A stretch of DNA of 32,000 nucleotides, taken from assembly GCF_000020025.1 (NCBI RefSeq), contig NC_010628.1:3120001-3152000 (forward strand), written 5' to 3'. Position numbers and translations under genes: made by a program. The notes under the pieces were generated by a model. It searched no databases. It was not told the DNA's origin and saw only the letters and a program-made list of their open reading frames with translations. The number at the start of each line of letters is the position of its first letter. Position 1 is the stretch's first letter. Below, piece by piece: positions 7,441 through 14,718 of the stretch. This stretch comes from Nostoc punctiforme PCC 73102. Its GTDB lineage: Bacteria; Cyanobacteriota; Cyanobacteriia; Cyanobacteriales; Nostocaceae.

Positions 7441-7462
7441 TTCTCCTATCGGAGACGCTGCG
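7441..7462. repeat. Dispersed 22-nt motif TTCTCCTATCGGAGACGCTGCG (copy 1)
   Basis: It matches 14542-14563 at 21 of 22 positions. It contains the small hairpin TCTCC-N4-GGAGA. Confidence 0.7.
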
Positions 7463-7593
7463 AGAACGGAACATCTCGCCCGTCTTAAAGCGGGCAAGAT
7501 GCTCACCCCACAACATTGAAACTGTATTGAATGCAAATAAGAAAAGTCGATTTTATACACCCTGAAAAACAGAAATTTTGTATTTTGTCTAAT

Positions 7594-8721
7594 CTAAGTT
7601 GATTCGGATAAAACACCCAAGTAATTTTGCACAATCTGCAAAATGCGCTCTGCTGCATGACCATCCCCAAAGGGATTAATTGCATTTGCCATTGCTTCAT
7701 AGGCATCTGGATCGCTCAGTAACTCAGCCGCAGATGCAAAAATATTCTCACTCGTAGTGCCTACAAGTTTGGCTGTACCGGCTACAACAGCCTCTGGTCT
7801 TTCGGTAGTATCTCTCAAAACCAGTACTGGTTTTCCCAAACTGGGGGCTTCTTCTTGCAAACCACCAGAGTCAGTGAGCAAAAGATGCGATCGCCCAATT
7901 GCTCCTACTAGTTCTCCATAATCTAGAGGATCTGTCAAGAAAATTCGGGGATGATTGTCTAAAAGCTCTTGCAACGGGACTCGCACTGTGGGATTGCGGT
8001 GTAATGGTAGCAATAAAGCTGTATCAGGGAACTTGTCTAAGATTTGTAAAAACCCCTCTGCGATCGCTTGCAGGGGTTCTCCCCAATTCTCCCGTCGATG
8101 AACTGTTGCTAACAGAACGCGGTATGAATCCCAGTCTAAGCCTGGTACATTACAAACAGCTTGGGTTGCAGCTACATTCAACAGCGCATCAATTACCGTA
8201 TTACCCGTCATGTGAATTTCACCCAAAACACCAGAACGGTGCAAATTTTCCACAGCCCAAGGAGTCGGCGCAAAGTGCAACTGAGTAATTTGAGAAATCA
8301 ACCGCCGATTAGCCTCTTCTGGGTAAGGATTGAAGATATCATCAGTTCTTAAACCTGCTTCTACATGACCAATAGGGATTTTTTGATAAAAAGCTGCCAA
8401 AGCTGCCGCAAAAGCCGTTGTCGTATCTCCTTGCACCACCACTAAATCTGGCTTTTTCTCCTTAAATAACGCTTCTAACCCTTGTAAACTGAGGCAGGTA
8501 ATATCATTTAGAGATTGCTGAACCTGCATAATTTCCAGATCATAATCTGCCTTAATGTTGAACAGCTGCATAACTTGCTCAACCATTTCCCGATGCTGTC
8601 CAGTTAGAATTACTTGCGAATCAAAAGCTGAAGACTTCTGGAAAACCTGAATCACTGGAGCAAGTTTAATCGCTTCGGGACGAGTACCCAAAATAATGCA
8701 AACCCGTTTTTTATTAGTCAT
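7594..8721 (-). CDS. wecB: UDP-N-acetylglucosamine 2-epimerase (non-hydrolysing)
   Basis: A 375-aa ORF. GTRPEAIKLAPV, HVEAGLRT and DSGGLQEEAPSLGKPVLVLRDTTERPE are the family hallmarks. Confidence 0.9.
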   Translation of the reverse strand: MTNKKRVCIILGTRPEAIKLAPVIQVFQKSSAFDSQVILTGQHREMVEQVMQLFNIKADYDLEIMQVQQSLNDITCLSLQGLEALFKEKKPDLVVVQGDTTTAFAAALAAFYQKIPIGHVEAGLRTDDIFNPYPEEANRRLISQITQLHFAPTPWAVENLHRSGVLGEIHMTGNTVIDALLNVAATQAVCNVPGLDWDSYRVLLATVHRRENWGEPLQAIAEGFLQILDKFPDTALLLPLHRNPTVRVPLQELLDNHPRIFLTDPLDYGELVGAIGRSHLLLTDSGGLQEEAPSLGKPVLVLRDTTERPEAVVAGTAKLVGTTSENIFASAAELLSDPDAYEAMANAINPFGDGHAAERILQIVQNYLGVLSEST

Positions 8722-8735
8722 TAGTCATTAGTCAT
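8713..8735. repeat. Tandem heptamer ATTAGTC x3 (+AT) overlapping the wecB start codon
   Basis: Units lie at 8713-8719, 8720-8726 and 8727-8733. On the minus strand this reads ATGACTA x3 and gives three ATGs, at 8735, 8728 and 8721. Confidence 0.95.
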
Positions 8736-8846
8736 CTGTAATTTGCCAATGGTTATAGTCAATGGTCTATGACCAATAGTCAATAGTTGAGGGTCAATCA
8801 TTACACAAATCATAAATATAAGAGGAAAAATTATATAAAAAGCATG

Positions 8847-8868
8847 AAAAAACCCGGCTTAATCGGGT
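8847..8868 (-). terminator. Rho-independent terminator (distal copy)
   Basis: On the minus strand, the ACCCG/CGGGT stem (8852-8856 with 8864-8868, 7-nt loop) is followed by a T6 run (the plus-strand A-run at 8847-8852). Confidence 0.6.
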
Positions 8869-8917
8869 AGATGAACTGTATATCGAATTCAATTGTAATC
8901 ACATCATTAAAAGCATG

Positions 8918-8938
8918 AAAAAACCCGGCTTAACCGGG
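8918..8938 (-). terminator. Rho-independent terminator (proximal copy) of the 8973-9347 gene
   Basis: On the minus strand, CCCGG-TTAAG-CCGGG (8924-8938) is followed by TTTTTT (the plus-strand A-run at 8918-8923), 35 nt after the stop codon. Confidence 0.7.
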
Positions 8939-8972
8939 CAGACGCACTGTTTGTCATATTCACCTGTGATGA

Positions 8973-9347
8973 CTACATTTTAATCTCACAAGTTAAAGGG
9001 CAAGCAGCATAAACAGTAGTCTGCATTTGGTCTGCCTCTCCATGCAGCCAGCTTAACCATTTAACTTCACTGGGATGAACGCCTTTAATAGTTAGTACAC
9101 CCGCAGCAAATACAACTGCCATGACATTAAACATGATTAAAGCACCTGCTACAAGCAAAACAGCACTAACAGGCATCACAGATTGCAAGATGATCGATAA
9201 CAGACATCCAACCGTAGCCATCAAGACAACTAATGGAAAACCGACAACCAACAAGCATACTGCTAATGTAAAAGTCCATATTAAAAAGCTTTTAATCATC
9301 AACAAGGAGTAGGTCTTTCCTAGATTAGAGCTTTCAGCAGAAACCAT
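8973..9347 (-). CDS. Hypothetical small membrane protein (about 3 TM helices), family not recognised
   Basis: An ORF with ATG at 9347 preceded by GGGAGGA (9360-9354) at ideal spacing. The track's TTG at 9362 is less likely. It has hydrophobic stretches (FLIWTFTLAVCLLVVGFPLVVLMATVGCLL, VLLVAGALIMFNVMAVVFAAGVL) and is followed by two terminators. Confidence 0.6.
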   Translation of the reverse strand: MVSAESSNLGKTYSLLMIKSFLIWTFTLAVCLLVVGFPLVVLMATVGCLLSIILQSVMPVSAVLLVAGALIMFNVMAVVFAAGVLTIKGVHPSEVKWLSWLHGEADQMQTTVYAACPLTCEIKM

Positions 9348-10076
9348 GACTTTTCCTCCCAAAAATACACAGCCAATTTTAATTTCAGTGATATCTCGCT
9401 TTTGGCGAGTTAACTGATTTGTTTCTCAGTGAAATTCAGTATATAAAAACTAATCGGGAAAATGAGCATTTATTTACTAAAGTTTACAGTTAGTTTTTTG
9501 TAATTGTGAATATAAAATCAAGTTTATATCTATTAGAATAACTTGCTTTCTGCATCTGTCTTCAGGTATATAACCTAAATTGTATGGGCTTTTAACGTTG
9601 ATCCCCAGATATTGCTCCTATCAAGCTTAATATTTCTTATAAAAATTGATAGCGCTTCTCATAATTGATAGATGGGCTGAATAAATGAATAGTTAGTATT
9701 TATGCTGTTAATTGCTGGCAATTTGTATTCATGCCCAAGATAAATTTCTCATCTAATGGCTGAGAATATTCATATTTTGTTAAAAGTATTATAAAGCACT
9801 ATATGATCTCTGGATTTTTGCTGAGGCGTTCTAAGCTATTAGGTGTGTTAACCATTATATATAGGTTAAATAATTTTTCTAAATCTTCTGAGTAGCGGAA
9901 TCTTAGAAAAAAAAGATACCAGTTTAGGTGGATGAAATGGATTGACCGTGGTTCTAGATTTTCAATTGCCTCGCATCACCACTAGGGCTTGCACGCAAGC
10001 ATTTTCCAAAAGTCATCGAAGTAAGTGACTTGACTTCTCACTAATTCAAATTTTTACCTGCCAAATGTGAAGATAT

Positions 10077-11351
10077 ATGACAGAATCACAGTCTCCATCA
10101 AATTCTAGCCCTGTTACCGAACGTAATTTGCCCCCAATGCCGCCACCTCCGCCAACCTTTAGTACGCAGAGGCAGATGACACAGACATTGGATATGTCAA
10201 TGGATAGGAGTGCCAACACGCCTGTTGCAGGTCATCGTCCGGTTAGCCCACCGCCAATACCTAGTTCAGTTCCCTCTAAAACCAGCAGTGCGGGACCTAC
10301 TTTAGAGAAGTTAATTAGGGAAGCTTACGATCAGGGATATTCTGACTTGCACTTGGGTGTAGGTGAAGTACCCCGCTTCCGCAGCCGAGGAGAAATTCAA
10401 TCATGGGATTATCCGGAAGCAGATAAAGAAGCTTTTATGAATTGGTTGCGGGAGGTAATGAGTGAGGCGGAAATTCAGCGCTTTGAAGAACACTTAGAAT
10501 TTGACGGAGCAACTCAATATGACTTTGCTCGCGTGCGGATTAATGTTTTTGGCACTCTTAGAGGGCCTGCGATGGTGTTGCGGTTGATTCCTCTGAAAAT
10601 CTTAACTATGGAACAGTTGAGATTACCCCCAGTTTTTCGGGATATTTGTCATCACCACAAAGGTTTAATTTTAGTGACTGGGCCCACTGGTTCTGGGAAG
10701 TCTACCACAATGGCAGCGATGGTTGACTACATCAACAAGGAGATGGCCAAGCATATCATTACCATTGAAGACCCAATCGAATTTATCCATCAAAGCCGCA
10801 AATCTTTAGTCAAACAACGGGAAGTGGGAATGCATACCCGGAAATTTGACAACGCTTTGAAAGCAGCTTTGCGGGAAGATCCAGATTTGATTCTGGTGGG
10901 GGAAATGCGGGATAAGGAAACAGTTAACACTGCCCTAAAAGCTGCTCAGACTGGTCACTTGGTCATGGGAACCCTACACACCAATAGTGCGGTTAAAACC
11001 ATTGAACGGATTCTCAACCTCTACTCTGGTGACGAACAGGATGCAATGCGGGTAGCAATTTCTGAGTCTTTAGTAGCGGTAATTGCTCAAGGTTTGTGCC
11101 GTACAACTGACGGGAAGCGAGCTGCTTTTCACGATGTGCTGATCAATACCGAGGCTATTAAAGAATGGATCAAAGACGGTAAGTATGATGAAATTGGCGA
11201 GTTAATGAAACAAGCTGGCTTTGACGGCATGATTACGATGAATCAGTCGTTGCTCAATCTCTATCAAGAGGGTCGCATCACTGAAGAAACTGCTTTGGAA
11301 ATGTCGCCAACTCCTAATGAGATGGCACAGTTTCTCCGAGGTAGAGTTTAA
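10077..11351 (+). CDS. pilT: PilT/PilU-family type IV pilus retraction ATPase homologue with a ~75-aa Pro/Ser-rich N-terminal extension
   Basis: A 424-aa ORF with Walker A GPTGSGKST, Walker B/Asp box DPDLILVGEMRD and His box GHLVMGTLHTNSA. The N-terminus is low-complexity (NLPPMPPPPPTFS..PVSPPPIPSSVPSKTSS). Confidence 0.88.
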   Translation: MTESQSPSNSSPVTERNLPPMPPPPPTFSTQRQMTQTLDMSMDRSANTPVAGHRPVSPPPIPSSVPSKTSSAGPTLEKLIREAYDQGYSDLHLGVGEVPRFRSRGEIQSWDYPEADKEAFMNWLREVMSEAEIQRFEEHLEFDGATQYDFARVRINVFGTLRGPAMVLRLIPLKILTMEQLRLPPVFRDICHHHKGLILVTGPTGSGKSTTMAAMVDYINKEMAKHIITIEDPIEFIHQSRKSLVKQREVGMHTRKFDNALKAALREDPDLILVGEMRDKETVNTALKAAQTGHLVMGTLHTNSAVKTIERILNLYSGDEQDAMRVAISESLVAVIAQGLCRTTDGKRAAFHDVLINTEAIKEWIKDGKYDEIGELMKQAGFDGMITMNQSLLNLYQEGRITEETALEMSPTPNEMAQFLRGRV

Positions 11352-11480
11352 TATTTGGGCATTGGGAAGAGGACAAGGGGCAGGGAGCAGGGAGCAGAGG
11401 GGAAAGAGGTAATTTTATATTCTCCCCCTGCCCCCTGCTCCCCTGCCTCTCCTGCTCCCTTATCCCCCAATCCCAAATAT
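11351..11480. repeat. 130-bp imperfect palindrome with a GA-rich arm and a CT-rich arm (probable terminator or insulator hairpin)
   Basis: The ends ATATTTGGG (11351-11359) and CCCAAATAT (11472-11480) are perfect complements. The left arm is GGGGCAGGGAGCAGGGAGCAGAGGGG, the right arm is CCCCCTGCCCCCTGCTCCCCTGCC, and the loop is around 11409-11419. The GGGAGCAGAGG core is shared with 25379-25390. Confidence 0.75.
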
Positions 11481-11557
11481 TTTTCTGATCCTGGTTGCGG
11501 TTATAGCTAAGGTAAAAGGTAAAAGAGAGAATTTTTACTTTTAGCTTCTTAACCTCT

Positions 11558-12415
11558 GTGAATAATTTGACGACAAACAAACTATCTACACCCCAGTTGT
11601 TTAAAGGCATTGCCCTATTTACACCTGGAGGAGATTTAATCTACTGCATCGACCCTAGCAAACAAGGTCGATGGCATTTGCATTTGTGTTCGGCTTTGCA
11701 AGAAATTCTAGATTTGCCAGAGCCACCGCACTTTTTAGTGCCTTGTTATACTGCGACTATTGACCACTGGTTAGATCCGCGCACTCAACAAGTGCGAACT
11801 TTTGCTGAAGCTTATCCGGCTGTAATTAGACATCAAGCTTTGCTTAATGCCATTTTTGGTACAGGGGAGTTAGTATGGCAAGCAGCTCCTTGGCAAGAAG
11901 GGTTGTGCGATCGCATGGTATTAACATCTTATCGTTCCTCATTTGGGCAGCTTTGGGAAGATCACGATTTAATTGTTCGTCTAGACCTTTCTGAACCTGT
12001 GCCAAAATACCACCAGCCAGTAATAGTCCAAAAAAAGGAAGTAATCACACAAGGCTATGTTCTCCGCTTGTTTGTTGCAGGACATAGCAGTACAACCGAA
12101 CGCATTCTGCAAAATTTACACGAATTGTTGGAGCGATCGCTGGGACATCCTTATACTCTGAAAGTAATTGATGTTTTAAGTCATCCAGAACAAGCAGAAC
12201 TCAATCAAGTTTCTGCAACTCCTACCCTCGTCAAGGTTTGGCCGCACCCAATTCGGCGAATCGTTGGAGAGTTGGATCATGTAGAAAAGATTTTACAGAT
12301 GTTAGCTGCTAAGGGAAAAATTTTAAGTTTCATAACGAAATTGAGCGTTAAAAGTGAAATGCAGAGGTTTGAGAGGTGGCAATTGTTTTTGCGAGAAATC
12401 AAACAAAGTCTGTAG
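11558..12415 (+). CDS. Long KaiB-family protein: unrecognised ~165-aa N-terminal domain fused to a C-terminal KaiB (thioredoxin-like) domain
   Basis: Residues ..GYVLRLFVAGHSSTTERILQNLHELLERSLGHPYTLKVIDVLSHPEQAELNQVSATPTLVKVWPHPIRRIVGELDHVEKIL (about 12050-12310) align with my recollection of S. elongatus KaiB ([57 protein letters not shown]). The start is GTG 11558 and is not verified. Confidence 0.8.
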   Translation: MNNLTTNKLSTPQLFKGIALFTPGGDLIYCIDPSKQGRWHLHLCSALQEILDLPEPPHFLVPCYTATIDHWLDPRTQQVRTFAEAYPAVIRHQALLNAIFGTGELVWQAAPWQEGLCDRMVLTSYRSSFGQLWEDHDLIVRLDLSEPVPKYHQPVIVQKKEVITQGYVLRLFVAGHSSTTERILQNLHELLERSLGHPYTLKVIDVLSHPEQAELNQVSATPTLVKVWPHPIRRIVGELDHVEKILQMLAAKGKILSFITKLSVKSEMQRFERWQLFLREIKQSL

Positions 12416-12482
12416 TAAGCTCATGGCTCGTGAACAGCTTTGCAATCAGACTAGTTTTTTGCCAAGTATGAGAATTTTTCTG

Positions 12483-12590
12483 ATTGCAATCAAATAAAAT
12501 CCCTATTAGGGATTGAAACGAGCAATACAGACAAATTAAATTGCAGCAGTATTATCGCAATCAACTAAAATCCCTATTAGGGATCGAAAT
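12483..12590 (+). CRISPR. Orphan mini-CRISPR-like array: two 37-nt repeats and one 34-nt spacer, no cas genes in the window
   Basis: R1 (12483-12519) is ATTGCAATCAAATAAAATCCCTATTAGGGATTGAAAC. R2 (12554-12590) is ATCGCAATCAACTAAAATCCCTATTAGGGATCGAAAT, identical at 33 of 37 positions. The spacer is 12520-12553. The hairpin CCCTA-TT-TAGGG plus the ATTGAAAC 3' tail matches, from memory, repeats of cyanobacterial type III / I-D arrays such as Synechocystis CRISPR2. Confidence 0.55.
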
Positions 12591-12632
12591 TTTTTTCTAA
12601 GAAAAAGTTACAGCGATCGCCTTAGTTATATC

Positions 12633-13256
12633 TCACTTCTTTGCCTGTATCACTTGCAAACTACCACCTGCATATAAAATTGGCTTACTCACATCAAACC
12701 CAGTCTCTGTTAACAATCCAGCCAAATCAGTTTTCAACAATTGCCAAGCTGTTTCCGTCTCAAACAACAACAAAAACAGTGATATCCCAGGCCACAATAT
12801 CGGATTTGTTGGAGCGTGAAAATCCACCAGCGTAAATATCCCTCCTGGCTTCAACACCCGATAAACTTCATCAATAATTTTTCGTAATTGCTGAGGCTGC
12901 ATTTCATGTAAGGCAACGCTGATATGCACTACATCAAACAGATTATCTGTAAATGGCATCTCCTCGGCAAAAGCTTCGACATAAGACGCTTCCGGGACAT
13001 TTAGCCGCGCCCGTTGCAAAGACTTAGGTGAAGCATCCAATCCTGTTACATTTTGTGAAATTTTTACTAAAAATTGTGTCGTTTGACCACTGCCGCAACA
13101 TAAATCTAAAACCTGAGTATCTGAGTGGATTGTTAAGGCTTGCAAAGCAAGTTGCCGAAAACGGGCTTCACCACCTACACTTAAGGCTGCTAAACGAGAG
13201 ATACTATCATAAAGCCACTGATAGCGGTAACTCCAATCCCTTAAAATTGTTGCCAT
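12633..13256 (-). CDS. Class I SAM-dependent methyltransferase (Methyltransf_11/UbiE-like)
   Basis: A 207-aa ORF with SAM motif I (VLDLCCGSGQTT), motif post-I (VTGLDASP) and ..VLKPGGIFTLVDF... Confidence 0.8.
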   Translation of the reverse strand: MATILRDWSYRYQWLYDSISRLAALSVGGEARFRQLALQALTIHSDTQVLDLCCGSGQTTQFLVKISQNVTGLDASPKSLQRARLNVPEASYVEAFAEEMPFTDNLFDVVHISVALHEMQPQQLRKIIDEVYRVLKPGGIFTLVDFHAPTNPILWPGISLFLLLFETETAWQLLKTDLAGLLTETGFDVSKPILYAGGSLQVIQAKK

Positions 13257-13350
13257 TGCATATTTCCTTGCTATTAAGCTTTATTATTTAATAAAGATAT
13301 ATTGTTAACATTAGTAAAAAATCTGAAAAGATTGGGGGAAAGTAACAGCT

Positions 13351-14517
13351 ATGGGTCGTGTAGGCGTATTATTACTCAATCTCGGTGGCCCTGATAAGCT
13401 AGAAGATGTCGGGCCGTTTTTGTATAACCTATTTTCCGATCCAGAAATTATTCGCCTACCGTTTCGCTGGTTGCAAAAACCCCTAGCCTGGTTTATTGCC
13501 TCGCGGCGAACCAGAACATCTCAACAAAATTATAAGCAAATCGGTGGTGGTTCCCCACTACGGCGGATTACAGAAGCGCAAGGGGAAGCTTTAAAAAAAC
13601 AGTTGGGTTATTTAGGGCAAGAAGCCAATATCTACGTGGGAATGCGTTATTGGCATCCTTATACAGAAGAAGCGATCGCACAGATCACTCAAGACAATAT
13701 AGAACACCTGGTAATATTACCACTATATCCCCAGTTTTCTATCAGTACTAGTGGTTCCAGCTTTCGGCTTTTAGACAAACTTTGGCAAGAAGAGCCAAAA
13801 CTTCAGCCCATTGAATACACCGTTATTCCTTCTTGGTACAAACAACCAGGCTATCTCCAAGCAATGGCGGAACTGATAGCCCAAGAACTTGAGCAGTTTC
13901 CAAATCCAGACGAGGTTCATATATTCTTCAGCGCTCACGGCGTTCCGAAAAGCTACGTTGAAGAGGCTGGCGACCCTTACCAGCAAGAAATTGAGGAATG
14001 TACTGCTCTGATTATGCAGACTCTCAATCGTCCCAATGCCCATACTTTAGCTTACCAAAGTCGTGTCGGCCCAGTAGAATGGCTCCAACCTTATACTGAA
14101 GATGCGCTTAAAGAATTAGGCGCACAAGGCGTAAAAGATTTGGTTGTCGTGCCTATCAGTTTTGTCTCAGAGCATATTGAGACACTGCAAGAAATTGATA
14201 TTGAGTATCGGGAAGTAGCAGAGGAATCAGGAATTCACAATTTCCGCCGCGTTCCGGCTCCTAATACTCATCCAGTATTTATTAACGCACTTGCAGAGTT
14301 AGTAATTGATGCGCTGAAAAACCCCAGCTTCAAGCTTTCGCAAGCTGCCCAAATGAAAAAAATGGTGAAAATGTACCCCCAAGAACGTTGGGAATGGGGT
14401 CTAACAACTAGTGCTGAAGTCTGGAATGGTCGGATTGCTATGTTGGGCTTTATTGCCTTAATAATTGAGCTAATTACTGGTCACGGCTTCTTGCACATGA
14501 TTGGGCTTTTGCAATAA
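13351..14517 (+). CDS. hemH: Ferrochelatase with a C-terminal CAB/Hlip transmembrane helix
   Basis: A 388-aa ORF with [11 protein letters not shown].., ..[15 protein letters not shown].. and ..FSAHGVP... The C-terminal [27 protein letters not shown] is the chlorophyll-binding CAB motif characteristic of cyanobacterial HemH. Confidence 0.95.
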   Translation: MGRVGVLLLNLGGPDKLEDVGPFLYNLFSDPEIIRLPFRWLQKPLAWFIASRRTRTSQQNYKQIGGGSPLRRITEAQGEALKKQLGYLGQEANIYVGMRYWHPYTEEAIAQITQDNIEHLVILPLYPQFSISTSGSSFRLLDKLWQEEPKLQPIEYTVIPSWYKQPGYLQAMAELIAQELEQFPNPDEVHIFFSAHGVPKSYVEEAGDPYQQEIEECTALIMQTLNRPNAHTLAYQSRVGPVEWLQPYTEDALKELGAQGVKDLVVVPISFVSEHIETLQEIDIEYREVAEESGIHNFRRVPAPNTHPVFINALAELVIDALKNPSFKLSQAAQMKKMVKMYPQERWEWGLTTSAEVWNGRIAMLGFIALIIELITGHGFLHMIGLLQ

Positions 14518-14541
14518 AGGGAATTGGGATATCCCTTCGGC

Positions 14542-14563
14542 TTCTCCTAACGGAGACGCTGCG
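14542..14563. repeat. Dispersed 22-nt motif TTCTCCTAACGGAGACGCTGCG (copy 2)
   Basis: It matches 7441-7462 at 21 of 22 positions. Confidence 0.7.
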
Positions 14564-14636
14564 CGTTAAGCGAAGCTATGCCGTAGGCTTTACGCTCAGG
14601 GCAAGTGGGCATTGGGAATTGGGTTGGAAGGAGGGC

Positions 14637-14689
14637 GAGTTAAAACTTAGAAGTTGAGCTTCTGAGGGTGAACGTTCAAGTTTTAACTC
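14637..14689. terminator. Bidirectional hairpin between the convergent hemH and the 14719-15258 gene
   Basis: GAGTTAAAACTT (14637-14648) is the perfect complement of AAGTTTTAACTC (14678-14689). The inner hairpin is AGAAG-TTGAG-CTTCT (14649-14663). Confidence 0.55.
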
Positions 14690-14690
14690 T

Positions 14691-14718
14691 CCATTCCCCA
14701 TTCCCCATTCCCCATTCC
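14691..14718. repeat. Tandem heptamer CCATTCC x4 (STRR-like), abutting a stop codon
   Basis: Four perfect copies span 14691-14718. The TAG stop of the minus-strand gene is at 14719-14721. Partly complementary GGGAATTGGG motifs lie at 14518-14527 and 14614-14623. Confidence 0.95.

Larger units (their letters stand above)
8838..8979. repeat. Tandem duplication of a ~71-bp unit, each copy carrying a terminator hairpin
   Basis: Copy 1 (8838-8908) and copy 2 (8909-8979) align without gaps at period 71. The first ~25 nt are nearly identical (AAAAGCATGAAAAAACCCGGCTTAA..) and the rest is more diverged. Confidence 0.85.

Noticed and set aside
7899-8352. Plus-strand ORFs 7899-8288 and 8161-8352, plus similar antisense ORFs at 13771-14043, 16054-16377, 18125-18538, 19162-19365, 19544-20023, 21308-21520, 23581-23853, 25708-25959, 27082-27282 and 30250-30447.
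   Set aside because: All are embedded in or antisense to confidently identified genes (wecB, hemH, purB, yihY, comM, the beta-lactamase-like gene, M50, pgl, rph, rpn-like), and I recognise no motif in them.
11314-11610. A 98-aa minus-strand ORF across the pilT 3' palindrome, and the similar ORFs 25340-25588, 25365-25841 and 25457-25672.
   Set aside because: Their translations are low-complexity products (GSRGQGE.., RQGRQGRQGRGRR, LPCLPCLPCL) of the GA/CT-rich repeat arms, and they partly overlap pgl. They are artefacts of repeat composition.
12440-12448. A possible third CRISPR repeat upstream of the mini-array.
   Set aside because: Only 9 nt (TTGCAATCA) match, and the spacing to repeat 1 does not fit a 37+34 nt periodicity. 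It is noted as a possible remnant only.
13351-14517. The CAB helix on ferrochelatase together with the separate hli gene (31587-31802) as a novel duplication.
   Set aside because: The C-terminal CAB domain of cyanobacterial HemH and multiple single-helix Hlips are well established. Their similarity reflects family membership, not a local event.
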